In this document: piece by piece, positions 19,142 to 28,633 of the stretch | How positions within the stretch are numbered: the stretch's first letter is position 1 | Layout: each line of letters begins with the position of its first letter | DNA from: Deltaproteobacteria bacterium | GTDB taxonomy: Bacteria > Myxococcota > Kuafuiibacteriia > Kuafuiibacteriales > Kuafuiibacteriaceae | Assembly: GCA_040218735.1 (NCBI GenBank) | Contig: JAVJQW010000017.1 | Span: 1 to 64,000 of the forward strand | Direction: 5' to 3' | DNA length: 64,000 bases | The notes under the pieces: model-generated | The model's database searches: none | What the model saw: the letters and a program-made list of their open reading frames with translations, nothing else | What the model was told of the DNA's origin: nothing | Translations under genes and position numbers: made by a program

Positions 19142-20656
19142 CTACCGTTCCAGAGCCGCCAATCGACGATCGAGCCGAGCGAGCGCGGCGCGCGCTCGTG
19201 CTTCGTCCTTGGCGCGCCTCCACAGCGCGGCGTCGGCGACGATGTCGTCGATCGCCGTCGTGTGTCGCGGGGCGCGTGCGCGCAACGCCTCCGCGCGTGC
19301 TGTGAGCGCGTCGACGAGGCTCGACACGCTCGCCGCCGGGGGCGGCGCGGCCACCGGGACGTCGCGCGGCTTCGACGGTCGGCGCGATGCGACCTTTCGC
19401 TGCGGCTTCGAGTCGACGCGATCGTCCGGAGGCGACGGGTGCGACGCGGGCGGGTCGCGCGCACCGGGTTCGTCGGCGTCGGTCGGCGCGCTCGGATCGC
19501 CGACCCGAACCGCGTCGCGGCGCTCCGCCGTGACCGGCGCCCGCGGCGCGACGGTCGGCGCACGCACGGACGGTGCGGCTCCTGTCGCCGCCTCCCCCGA
19601 CGGCGCCTCGCCGGGCACCAGCGCGGTGTACGTGAAGAACGCGACCGACCCCGCGAGCAGCGAGGCCCCCACCACCGGCCAGACGAACGGCGCCGGCTTG
19701 GCCTCGAACAGAGACTCCGTCGGCCGAAACACCCGCGGCGACACGACGACCTGCGTCGGCGCCGCGTCGTCGAGCGCGAGGTGCGTCTCCGCGTAGCCGA
19801 GCAACGTCTCGCCCTCGCCCGGCCAGTCCTTCGCGAGCGCATCGTGCATCGCGGTCGCGTCCGCGAACCGATCCTCCGGCCGCCGCTCCAGCGCACGCCG
19901 CACGATCACATCCAGCTCGGGCGGAACGTCGGGCCGATGCTTCGACGGCGGAACGAACACCTGCTGGTTCATCCGCCGCACCATCTCCGCCGGTGTGCCG
20001 GGCTCCACGTACGGCTGAAACGTCAACAGCGCGTAGAGCATCACGCCCACCGCATAGACGTCCGCGCGGCGGTCGACGGGCTCCCCCATCGCCTGCTCGG
20101 GGCTGATGTACCCGAGCGTCCCGACGAGCGCGCCGGTCCGCGTCCGCCAGGTCTGCACGTTCGACTTCCCGACGCCGAGATCGATCAGGCACGTGTGCCC
20201 GTCCGGGCGGAGCATCACGTTCGATAGCTTCACGTCGCGGTGCACGGCCTGCATCGGGATGCCGGTCTCCGGGTCCAGAGCTTCGTGGAGCCCGTGCAGT
20301 GCGAGCAGCGCTTCCGCCGCGAGCGCGGTGACACTCGCCACCGAGAACCGCACGTCAGCGCGACGTGCGTGCCCCGCGATCGCCGCGACGTTCCACCCCT
20401 CGATGCGCTCCATGACGAGGTAGTGGAACGCCCCCTCGCTCCCCGACGCGTAGACCTTCGGGAAGCGGTTGCCGCCCACGGCGGCGCCGAGCTTCGACTC
20501 GTGCACGGCGCGCCCCTCGGGCATGCGCGACGCGTGCATCAGCTTGATGACGCGCGGGACGTCGTCGTCCGCGTCGATCGCGTAGATCGCACCGAGGCCC
20601 CCCTCGTCGATCTTGTGCCCGAGGCGGAACCCCGCGACGTGGTCCCCCGGACCCAC
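19142..20656 (-). CDS. Membrane Ser/Thr protein kinase, paralog of 8763-10559
   Basis: EGGLG, VIKL, HRDVKLSN, LIDLGVGKSNVQTWRTRTG, GYISPE; TM helix. Confidence 0.9.
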   Translation of the reverse strand: MGPGDHVAGFRLGHKIDEGGLGAIYAIDADDDVPRVIKLMHASRMPEGRAVHESKLGAAVGGNRFPKVYASGSEGAFHYLVMERIEGWNVAAIAGHARRADVRFSVASVTALAAEALLALHGLHEALDPETGIPMQAVHRDVKLSNVMLRPDGHTCLIDLGVGKSNVQTWRTRTGALVGTLGYISPEQAMGEPVDRRADVYAVGVMLYALLTFQPYVEPGTPAEMVRRMNQQVFVPPSKHRPDVPPELDVIVRRALERRPEDRFADATAMHDALAKDWPGEGETLLGYAETHLALDDAAPTQVVVSPRVFRPTESLFEAKPAPFVWPVVGASLLAGSVAFFTYTALVPGEAPSGEAATGAAPSVRAPTVAPRAPVTAERRDAVRVGDPSAPTDADEPGARDPPASHPSPPDDRVDSKPQRKVASRRPSKPRDVPVAAPPPAASVSSLVDALTARAEALRARAPRHTTAIDDIVADAALWRRAKDEARARAALARLDRRLAALER

Positions 20657-20716
20657 CGCCGGCCATCATCGCCCGAGGGCGCCGAGCTGACCAAGACCTG
20701 GTACGCTGGCGCAGCC

Positions 20717-22408
20717 TTGAGCTTCGACGCCGAGACCACCCGGCACGTGGCGCCCTCGTCGGTCCACGGCGGCGCGCGGCTGAGGCTGGTGTTCGTCGGC
20801 GACGACTTCGTCCGCACCGTGGACCTCACCGGGACGCAGCCGCTGCGCGTCGGCCGCGGCGACGGCAACGACCTGGTCCTCACCGACTCGCGCCTCTCGC
20901 GAAGACACGCGCAGATCGAGCGCGACCCCCTGCGCATCACGGACCTCGGGAGCGCAAACGGCGTCCTGATCGACGGCGAGCGGATCGCACCGCAGCAACC
21001 CACGGAGTTCGCGCCCGGCGCGGCGGTGTCCCTCGGCGGGGTGATGATGCTCGTGCAGGTCGTCGAGCGCCCGAGCGAGCGGGTCCTCTGCACCCACGCC
21101 TACTTCGAGGCCCGCCTCGACGAGGAGGGGCGCCGCCGCACGCGTGATCGCCGAACGCCGTTCGCGGTGCTCGCGGTTCGACTCGAAGGCAAACACTCCG
21201 CCGACGTGCAACGCTCCTTGACGAGCAAACTCGGCCCCCTCGACGCCGTCGCGGCGTACGCTCCGAACGAGTACGAGATCCTGCTCCTCGACGCCGCACC
21301 CTCGCGCGCCGAGGCCGTCGCCGACGAGCTGCGCGAGGACTTCGCGCGCCTCGACCTCGTCGCGCACGTCGGCCTCGCGAGTTTCCCGAGCGACGGGCTC
21401 ACCGCACAGACACTCATCGCCGCGGCGCGCGCTTCACTCGAGGGGCGCGTGGTGCAGGAGCCCGCGCCGGTCGTCGTCGAGGACGAGACGATGAAGGCGC
21501 TCTACACGATGGTGGAGCGCGTCGCGCGCGGGACGATCACCGTGCTCCTCACCGGCGAGACGGGCGCCGGCAAGGAGGTGCTCGCGGAGGCGCTGCACGC
21601 GGCGTCGCCGCGGCGTCGCGGGCCGATGGTTCGCATCAACTGCGCCGCGCTGTCGGAGTCCCTCGTCGAGAGCGAGCTGTTCGGCTACGTGAAGGGGGCG
21701 TTCACCGGCGCCCTCCAGGACAAACGCGGCCTGATCGAAGCCGGCGCGGGTGGCACCGTCCTCCTCGACGAGGTCGGCGAGCTCCCGCCCGCGACGCAAG
21801 CCAAGTTGCTCCGCGTCCTCGAGACCGGGCGGCTTCGACGCATCGGCGGCATCGAGGATCGCGCGGTCGACGTACGCTTCGTGGCCGCGACGAACCGTGA
21901 CCTCGTCGCGGAGATCGAGCGCGGAATGTTCCGCGAGGATCTCTACTACCGCCTCAGCGGCGTCAGCCTCCACGTCCCTCCGCTGCGCGAGCGCCCGTCC
22001 GAGATCGCGCCGCTCGTGGATCGGTTCGTGGTCGACGCGTGTCGCGAGCTCGGCGTGCCTCCGCTGGTCGTCGACGAAGACGCGATGGCGTTGCTCGTCG
22101 AGTACCGCTGGCCCGGCAACATCCGCGAGCTGAAGAACACAATCGATCGCGCTGTGCTCCTCGCGGACCAGCGCATCACGGTCACGCAGCTCCCGGCCGA
22201 GAAGATGACGGCGAAGTGGTCGACGAAACCCATCGATCTGCCGCGAACGTCCAACCCGGAGCGCGACGCCGCACGCAAGCGCATCGAGGACGCCCTGCAA
22301 GCGTGCGCGGGCAATCAAACGCGCGCCGCCGAGAAGCTGGGTGTGTCGCGTCAGACGCTCGCGAACTGGCTCGACCGCTACGGCATCCCGCGTCCGCGCA
22401 GGCGCTGA
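20717..22408 (+). CDS. FHA + degenerate GGDEF-like + sigma54 AAA+ transcriptional activator
   Basis: FHA (GR, LSRRH, DLGSANG), GGDEF-fold segment with AYAPNEY in place of GGDEF, GETGAGKE, GAFTGA, HTH. Start (TTG 20717) approximate. Confidence 0.9.
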   Translation: MSFDAETTRHVAPSSVHGGARLRLVFVGDDFVRTVDLTGTQPLRVGRGDGNDLVLTDSRLSRRHAQIERDPLRITDLGSANGVLIDGERIAPQQPTEFAPGAAVSLGGVMMLVQVVERPSERVLCTHAYFEARLDEEGRRRTRDRRTPFAVLAVRLEGKHSADVQRSLTSKLGPLDAVAAYAPNEYEILLLDAAPSRAEAVADELREDFARLDLVAHVGLASFPSDGLTAQTLIAAARASLEGRVVQEPAPVVVEDETMKALYTMVERVARGTITVLLTGETGAGKEVLAEALHAASPRRRGPMVRINCAALSESLVESELFGYVKGAFTGALQDKRGLIEAGAGGTVLLDEVGELPPATQAKLLRVLETGRLRRIGGIEDRAVDVRFVAATNRDLVAEIERGMFREDLYYRLSGVSLHVPPLRERPSEIAPLVDRFVVDACRELGVPPLVVDEDAMALLVEYRWPGNIRELKNTIDRAVLLADQRITVTQLPAEKMTAKWSTKPIDLPRTSNPERDAARKRIEDALQACAGNQTRAAEKLGVSRQTLANWLDRYGIPRPRRR

Positions 22409-23154
22409 ACGAAGCCGACGATCGCGTCCAACGTCGCGTCGTGCCGATCGCGGTGGGGCGCGTGTCCGCAGTCGTCGAGGACGAGGCGTTCGACCTCTCC
22501 TGAGACGCCCGCCTCGATGCGGTCGAGCTGCTCGAGCGTCCCGTAGGGATCGGTGCGGCCTTGGATCAACAGCGTCGACGCGACGACCGTCGGCAGGTGC
22601 TCCTCGAGGTTCCAGTGCAGGAACTCGGGGTCGAGCCAGGCACCGTTCCAGCCCCAGAACGCGACATCGACGTTCACGTGGTGCCGCGCGAGCCTCGCGC
22701 GCAGGTCAGTCGTCTCGTACGCGACCTTCGCGCGCTCGATCGCCTCGACGCACATCGCTTCGGTGAACACGTGCGGCGCTTCCAGCACGAGGCCGCGAAC
22801 GCGTTGGCGTCCGTGCTCCGTCGATGCGTAGAGCAGCGCGATCGAGCCGCCGTCGCTGTGGCCGATCAACACGACGTCGTCGAGCGCGAGCGCATCGAGG
22901 AGCGGCGGAACGACCTCGAACGCCTCGTTGTGCATGTAGGTGAGCGGCCTCGGCAGCGACACCGGGTCCGAGCTGCCGTACCCGGCGCGGCTGTACACGA
23001 GCACGGCGTGGCCCGTCGCGTCGGCGACCTCACGCGGGAACTCGCGCCAAGACGAGACACTCCCGAGGCCCTCGTGGAGCAGCACCAACGTCGGCGACGT
23101 GCCCGCGTAGCGCACGAACTCCAACTCGAACCCCGCGACGGCGACGCGTTGCAT
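22378..23154 (-). CDS. Alpha/beta hydrolase
   Basis: LLHEGLGS, YSRAGYG, GHSDGG nucleophile elbow, DPYG, CGHAPH; ATG at 23154. Confidence 0.92.
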   Translation of the reverse strand: MQRVAVAGFELEFVRYAGTSPTLVLLHEGLGSVSSWREFPREVADATGHAVLVYSRAGYGSSDPVSLPRPLTYMHNEAFEVVPPLLDALALDDVVLIGHSDGGSIALLYASTEHGRQRVRGLVLEAPHVFTEAMCVEAIERAKVAYETTDLRARLARHHVNVDVAFWGWNGAWLDPEFLHWNLEEHLPTVVASTLLIQGRTDPYGTLEQLDRIEAGVSGEVERLVLDDCGHAPHRDRHDATLDAIVGFVQRLRGRGMP

Positions 23155-23232
23155 GACCCGACCAATGTAGCGCAGAGATCCGACTCGACGCGCCACGGAC
23201 TTGCAGGCTACGTTTCGGGTGTGGCGGAGGGC

Positions 23233-23751
23233 ATGAAGAGCAAGCTGGCTTTCGCCTGGGGCGTCGGCGGCGTCTGCGCTCTGCTCGGCTTCGCCGTCTA
23301 CCGCCTCGTCCCCGTGGCACTCGAGCCCTTGGCGGACGACCTGATGGCGATGCACTACGCCGCGTACGCGGTGAGCATCGTGGTGATGGCGTACAGCGAA
23401 GGGTACAAGGCGTTTCAGCGAGGTTTCGCTCCGCGCGTCGTTGCACGTGCGCTCCACGCCAGCCACGCCCCCACGCCCCTTCGCGTCCTCCTGGCGCCCG
23501 CGTTCTGCATGGGGCTCTTCGACGCGGAGCGGAGGCGCCTGATCGTCTCGTGGTGCACCACGTTCGGTGTGATCGGCCTGGTCCTGCTGGTGTCCGGTCT
23601 GGACCAACCGTGGCGCGGTGCGGTCGACGCCGGCGTCGTCGCAGGGTTGTCGTGGGGTCTCGCCGCGATCGCGTGGTTCACCGCACGGGGCCTCATCGGC
23701 CATCCGCCTACGGTGCCGTCGGACGTGCCGGGCGCCGCGCCGGCGACCTGA
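23233..23751 (+). CDS. Hypothetical integral membrane protein
   Basis: GGAGG RBS before ATG; several TM segments; conserved-looking YSEGYKAFQRGFAPR and QPWRGAVDAGV. Confidence 0.8.
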   Translation: MKSKLAFAWGVGGVCALLGFAVYRLVPVALEPLADDLMAMHYAAYAVSIVVMAYSEGYKAFQRGFAPRVVARALHASHAPTPLRVLLAPAFCMGLFDAERRRLIVSWCTTFGVIGLVLLVSGLDQPWRGAVDAGVVAGLSWGLAAIAWFTARGLIGHPPTVPSDVPGAAPAT

Positions 23752-23816
23752 GCCGCTTGGCCCGATTCGCTCATCGAATGTGACGCAGACCGCGCGACGC
23801 ACCTCGCGCGGGCGTT

Positions 23817-24713
23817 ATGATCTGCGACGACGTGGGTGTCTTCTATCTGCTCGCCTATATCATCGGTGGTGCCATCGTCGCGTTCGCGTCGCACGCCACG
23901 GTCACGAGCCTCGCAGACGGAGACTCCGTCGACGGCGCGCTGACGATCCTCTCGTTCGGCGTCCTGCTGATCCTCTGCGGCGGCGTGCTCCACACCATTC
24001 AGGTCAAAGGGGAGCGGGACGAGGACACGTCCCAGGGCCCGCCGATGGGTCTGGTGTACATCGCCCTGGGGCTGCTCGTGCTCCCGGTGCTCGTCGCGTG
24101 GGTGCAGTTCGAGCTGCACATGAACCCGCTGTGGATGTTCCCCATCACCACGATCGTCGGCGCGACGGGCCTCGTGTACCTCATCGCGTGGCGGCGCACG
24201 CTCCACGACAAGTTCGGCCCGGTGAAGCGCGCGATGGCGACGGCGATGGTCGGCCTGCCGCTGGGATTGTTCGCGATCGGGTTCCCGCTCGTGCACTTCA
24301 AGAACCACCTCACGACCGTGAACCTCGGGTTCTCGGACGAGCCGTCCGAGCCGAGGATCATCGCCATCGAAGCGCCCGATCCGGACCCGCCGATCGCGCC
24401 CATCGATCCGATCGGCGACGAGACGATGGAGTTGGTGAAGGCGATCGCGGAGGCCAAGGAGGTGAACATCGCCGACGAGGTCGCGGCGGGGCGCATCCGG
24501 GTCCTCGAGGACGGCACACTCGTCACCGTCCACGAGGACGGGACGACGACGCCGATCAACCAGGGCTTCGACTTCGACGAGGCGTGGAAAGAGGCGGAGC
24601 GCAACGACCGGGACGCTTCCCGCGAGAAGCGCGAGGCGCAGCTGAAGGCACACGCCGAGGAGGTCGAGCGTCTTCGCGCCGGTGGTCGTCTATTCAGTGG
24701 ACCGGATCACTGA
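23817..24713 (+). CDS. Hypothetical membrane protein (about 5 TM plus soluble tail)
   Basis: Hydrophobic helices, typical codon usage. Confidence 0.75.
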   Translation: MICDDVGVFYLLAYIIGGAIVAFASHATVTSLADGDSVDGALTILSFGVLLILCGGVLHTIQVKGERDEDTSQGPPMGLVYIALGLLVLPVLVAWVQFELHMNPLWMFPITTIVGATGLVYLIAWRRTLHDKFGPVKRAMATAMVGLPLGLFAIGFPLVHFKNHLTTVNLGFSDEPSEPRIIAIEAPDPDPPIAPIDPIGDETMELVKAIAEAKEVNIADEVAAGRIRVLEDGTLVTVHEDGTTTPINQGFDFDEAWKEAERNDRDASREKREAQLKAHAEEVERLRAGGRLFSGPDH

Positions 24714-25357
24714 ATCTCGGGCGGTCGTGGCGCCGACCCCGCGTGGTACCAACCCACCCGGTCACGCGCCGGTGAATTCGCGGAGGCGCCGACCGAGAAG
24801 TACAGCTCGCCCTGCGCGGCGTACACGTAGATGTTCGCGCGGTTGTCGGCGTCCCAGTACTGGTCGATCGGGCGCTGGCCGAACGCGGCGCGCGGCACCC
24901 CGGAGAGGCGCGTCGCGCTCCAGTCGTCGGCGATGCTGGCGCGCACGGCGCTGACCGCGTCGGCGACGAAGTCGGCGTAGGTGCGGGAGTCGGGGAGCCC
25001 CTTGCCGCGGAGGTGGAAGAAGTCCGGGCGAATGTGCTCCGGGAGGTTGCGACCTTCGCGCAGGCTGACGCGCTGGTTCGATCCGGCGATCGCCTCCGCG
25101 GCCTGGGTGACCTCGAGCCCGAGGACGCGCAGCAGCTTCTGCGCGGACACCGTCTTCTGACCGGTGCGGTCGAAGAACGCGAGCGCGTTATCGGCGGCGA
25201 GGCGTCCGGCGTCGTCGCGCTGGAGGATGCGTCGCGCCGAGGCCTCGGAGAGGCGTCCGTCGGCGCCGCCGGCGTCCAGGATCGCGTCGCGGAACTCGTC
25301 GCGCCACGCTTCGCCGAGCTGGTCGGGCGTCGGGGTGATTCCAGTCAGGCGCGTCAC
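24707..25357 (-). CDS. Hypothetical protein
   Basis: 216-aa ORF with normal composition; internal AGGADGRLS / AGSNQRVS repeat. Confidence 0.7.
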   Translation of the reverse strand: MTRLTGITPTPDQLGEAWRDEFRDAILDAGGADGRLSEASARRILQRDDAGRLAADNALAFFDRTGQKTVSAQKLLRVLGLEVTQAAEAIAGSNQRVSLREGRNLPEHIRPDFFHLRGKGLPDSRTYADFVADAVSAVRASIADDWSATRLSGVPRAAFGQRPIDQYWDADNRANIYVYAAQGELYFSVGASANSPARDRVGWYHAGSAPRPPEIQ

Positions 25358-25452
25358 GGCGTGGTTATCGGCGCGGCGCGGCCCGTGGTGTGCGCGATTG
25401 CATCGGACAAAGAGGTTGACCCACCCGGCGCGGGCCTCGATAGAACCGCGGC

Positions 25453-26370
25453 ATGGAGGCCGTTTCGCCGGATCCGCGCCTGTTCGGACGCCCCGACGAG
25501 GACGTCGACGCGCGGCTCTACCGGCGGATGCGCTTCATCCGGCGGTTCGAGGAGAAGCTCCTGTTGCTCTTCGAGGAGGGGATCCTCGCAGGCACCACCC
25601 ACTGCTCGATCGGCCAGGAGGCGGACGCCGTCGCGGTCATGGCGCACGTGCGGCCGGGGGACCACACGTTCAGCAACCACCGCTGCCACGGGCACTACCT
25701 CGCCCGCACCGGTGACGCGCTCGGGCTCTACGCCGAGATCATGGGTAAGGACGCCGGGGTCTGCCGCGGCATCGGCGGGAGCCAGCACATTTGCGCGCCG
25801 GGGTTCAAGTCGAACGGCATCCAGGGCGGCATCGTGCCGACCGCCGCGGGCATCGCGTGGGCGCAGAAGCTCGCCGGCGGCGACGACATCAGCGTGGTCT
25901 TCATCGGCGACGGCACCCTCGGCGAAGGCGCCGTCTACGAGACGCTCAACATCGCGCAGCTGTGGTCGCTGCCGCTGTGGATCGTCCTGGAGGACAACGG
26001 GTGGTCGCAGTCGACCCCGCTGGCCGCGAACTTCGCCGGGGACATGCGGATGCGGTTCGAGGCGTTCGGGCTCCCGGTCTCCGAGATCGACAGCACCGAC
26101 GTGAAGGCGATCGAAACGGTCGTCGCGGCCGACGCCGACCACGTCCGCACCACGCGGACGCCGCACGTGACGATCCTGCACACGTACCGCCTCTGCAATC
26201 ACTCCAAGAGCAGCGATGCGCGCCCCGAGGACGAGGTGAAGGCGCGCTGGGCGACGGAGCCGCTCGTCGTGCACGGGCCTCGTCTGCAAGACAGCTTGCG
26301 CGACACGATCGACGCCGACGTCGAGGCGGCGCTCGACGAGGTCATCGCCCACGCGAGGTCGCTGCCGTGA
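25453..26370 (+). CDS. ThDP-dependent dehydrogenase E1 alpha subunit
   Basis: IRRFEE, HCSIGQEA, NHRCHGH, GIGGSQH, ThDP motif GDG...EDN, TYRLCNHSKS. Confidence 0.93.
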   Translation: MEAVSPDPRLFGRPDEDVDARLYRRMRFIRRFEEKLLLLFEEGILAGTTHCSIGQEADAVAVMAHVRPGDHTFSNHRCHGHYLARTGDALGLYAEIMGKDAGVCRGIGGSQHICAPGFKSNGIQGGIVPTAAGIAWAQKLAGGDDISVVFIGDGTLGEGAVYETLNIAQLWSLPLWIVLEDNGWSQSTPLAANFAGDMRMRFEAFGLPVSEIDSTDVKAIETVVAADADHVRTTRTPHVTILHTYRLCNHSKSSDARPEDEVKARWATEPLVVHGPRLQDSLRDTIDADVEAALDEVIAHARSLP

Positions 26371-27377
26371 TCTACTCGAAGGCCCTCAACGAAGCGCTGC
26401 ACCGCGCGCTCGGTGAAGACAACCGCGTGGTCGTGCTCGGCGAGGACATCTCGGACCCGTACGGCGGCGCGTTCAAGGTGTCGCGAGGGCTGACCACCGC
26501 GTTCCCGGAGCGCGTGAAGACCACGCCGGTGTCCGAGCAGGCGATCGCCGGCATCGCGGCGGGGCTCGCGCTCGGCGGGTATCGGCCGATCGCCGAGGTG
26601 ATGTTCGGTGACTTCCTGTCGCTGTGTTTCGACCAGCTGCTCAACCACATCACGAAGTACAACGCGATGTACGCGGGCCAGACGACGTGCCCGGTGATGT
26701 TCCGCGCGCCGATGGGTGGGCACCGCGGCTACGGGCCGACGCACTCGCAGAGCATCGAGAAACACTTCCTCGGGATGCCGCACCTCAGGGTGCTCGCCGC
26801 GTCGCCGTACCACGCGCCGCACGACGCCTTCGCGGACTTCCTCGCGAAGGACGACCCGGTGCTCTTCGTCGAGCACAAGCTCCTGTACCCGAAGCACCTC
26901 ACGCTCCCCGAAAACGGCGCGGTCGGTGATTTCATGGCGCGCACCGAGTCGAGCCCCGGGGTGCTGCCGAGTGTGTGCCTGTCGCTCGTGCCGCGTGAGG
27001 ACTGCGCGTTGACCGTCGTCGCGTACGGGTACGAGGCGCAGCTCGCGGCGTCGGTGATCGAGAAGCTCGGCATGGAGGAGGAGCTGTTCTGCGAGCTCGT
27101 CGTCCCCGCGCAGATCGCGCCGGTCGACTACGCGCCGATCGAAGCGTCCGTCGCATCGACGCGCCGCCTCCTCACCGTGGAGGAGGGTACCGCCGGCTGG
27201 TCGTGGGGCGTTCAGATTGCGAGCTCGATCCAGCGCACGTTCTTCGGAAAGCTCGCGAAGCCGGTCGAGGTGCTCGCGAGCCAGCCCACCGTCATCCCGG
27301 GCGCGCGGCGACTGGAGCAGGAGATGCTCGTCGGCGCGCACCACATCGAACAGAAGATCCGCGAGGCCCTGTCGTGA
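26367..27377 (+). CDS. ThDP-dependent dehydrogenase E1 beta subunit
   Basis: LGEDI..YGGAFKV, TPVSEQAIAG, EVMFGDF, GPTHSQ, FVEHKLLY, TVEEG; GTG overlaps the alpha-subunit stop. Confidence 0.93.
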   Translation: MIYSKALNEALHRALGEDNRVVVLGEDISDPYGGAFKVSRGLTTAFPERVKTTPVSEQAIAGIAAGLALGGYRPIAEVMFGDFLSLCFDQLLNHITKYNAMYAGQTTCPVMFRAPMGGHRGYGPTHSQSIEKHFLGMPHLRVLAASPYHAPHDAFADFLAKDDPVLFVEHKLLYPKHLTLPENGAVGDFMARTESSPGVLPSVCLSLVPREDCALTVVAYGYEAQLAASVIEKLGMEEELFCELVVPAQIAPVDYAPIEASVASTRRLLTVEEGTAGWSWGVQIASSIQRTFFGKLAKPVEVLASQPTVIPGARRLEQEMLVGAHHIEQKIREALS

Positions 27378-28492
27378 ACGACGTCATCGTCCCGACCTCC
27401 GACGTGAACAGCGAGACCGGCGTCATCGTCGAGTGGAAGATCGCCGACGGCGCGCGCGTCGAGAGCGGTGACATCGTCGCCGACATCGAGACGAGCAAAG
27501 CCGTCATCGAAGTGCCGGTGACCACGAGCGGGTACCTCCTCCACCTCGCCGCGCAGGACGCGGAGGTGTCGTTGGCGACCGCCATCGCGCGCGTCTTCGA
27601 CACACCGGAAGCGCTCGAGGCCTACCGCGCGACGCTCCAGGCGGAGCTCGACGAAGCCGCGGTGCGAAACGCGGCCTCCGGCGTGCGGGCGACGCTCAAG
27701 GCGAAGACCCGCGCCGAGGAGCTCGGCGTGGACCTCACCACGCTCGACACCTCGCGATTGATCACCGTGAAGGAGGTCGAGGCGGCGGTCGCGCAGAACG
27801 TGGACCCGGCGACGCTCCCCGCGCCGCTGAAGGCCCCCGAGGATCAGGAGCGGGTGCTCCTCATCGGCGGCGCGCGCGGCGCGACGCAGGTGATCGACAT
27901 CTTCCGCGGCAACACCACCCAGACCGCGGTGGCGATCGTCGACGACGACCGTTCGAAGTGGGGCACCGAGGTCTACGGCGTCCCGGTGGTCGGCGGCTCG
28001 GACCGGATCGGGCCCTTGTTCGAGGCGGGTGCGTTCGACGCGGTCGTCATCGCGATCAGCACGTCGGTGAAGGCACGTGCGATGTTCCGCGAGCGGTGCG
28101 CCGCCCTCGGCGTCCCGCTGACGAACGCGATCGACGCGACGTCGAAGGTCGCCTCCGAAGTCACGATGGGCCGCGGCAACGTGCTGTGTGCGTTCGTGCA
28201 GATCGGCACGAGCGCGATCGTCGGCGACAACAACTTCATCTCCGCCTACAACTCGTTCGAGCACCACAACGTCCTCGGCTCCGACATCTCGACGGGCCCG
28301 GCGTGTGTGACGTCCAGCCGCGTGAAGGTCGGCGACCGCTGCCGCTTGGGCACGGGCATCTACATCGAGCCGGGCGTGGAGCTCGGCGAGGAAGTGCGGG
28401 TCGCGTCGGGTTCGGTGCTGCTGAAGTCGGTGCCGGCGAAGCACACGGTGAAGGCGAAGGTCGTGACAACGGTGGTCGTGCCGAACCGGTAG
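27374..28492 (+). CDS. Fusion: lipoyl domain + peripheral-subunit-binding domain + PglD/NeuD-type sugar acyltransferase
   Basis: Lipoyl motif IETSKAVIEV; PSBD-like ATLKAKTRAEELGVDL...ITVKEV; PglD_N Rossmann-like LLIGGARG..IVDDD..YGVPVVG; hexapeptide repeats with EHH at the PglD catalytic-His position. Confidence 0.85.
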   Translation: MNDVIVPTSDVNSETGVIVEWKIADGARVESGDIVADIETSKAVIEVPVTTSGYLLHLAAQDAEVSLATAIARVFDTPEALEAYRATLQAELDEAAVRNAASGVRATLKAKTRAEELGVDLTTLDTSRLITVKEVEAAVAQNVDPATLPAPLKAPEDQERVLLIGGARGATQVIDIFRGNTTQTAVAIVDDDRSKWGTEVYGVPVVGGSDRIGPLFEAGAFDAVVIAISTSVKARAMFRERCAALGVPLTNAIDATSKVASEVTMGRGNVLCAFVQIGTSAIVGDNNFISAYNSFEHHNVLGSDISTGPACVTSSRVKVGDRCRLGTGIYIEPGVELGEEVRVASGSVLLKSVPAKHTVKAKVVTTVVVPNR

Positions 28493-28520
28493 CCATCGCC
28501 GATTCGGCGTCGTCGAAAAA

Positions 28521-28615
28521 CAAAGAGACGAAGAGACTGGGAGGGTCAGAAGGCCCGTCCGAAGCCTCTGCGCTTTCCCAAGAATAAGACCTCTCTGTCC
28601 TCTCTGTCTCCCTGT
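28521..28615. repeat. Imperfect long inverted repeat (REP-like or bidirectional terminator) between convergent genes
   Basis: Purine arm CAAAGAGACGAAGAGACTGGGAGGGTC faces pyrimidine arm GACCTCTCTGTCCTCTCTGTCTCCCTGT. Confidence 0.5.
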
Positions 28616-28633
28616 GGATCTTCGAGGATCACT

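Noticed and set aside
25453-28492. Housekeeping pdhABC or acoABC operon
   Set aside because: The third gene lacks the E2 catalytic domain and has a sugar acyltransferase instead; no E3 gene, so no gene symbols assigned.
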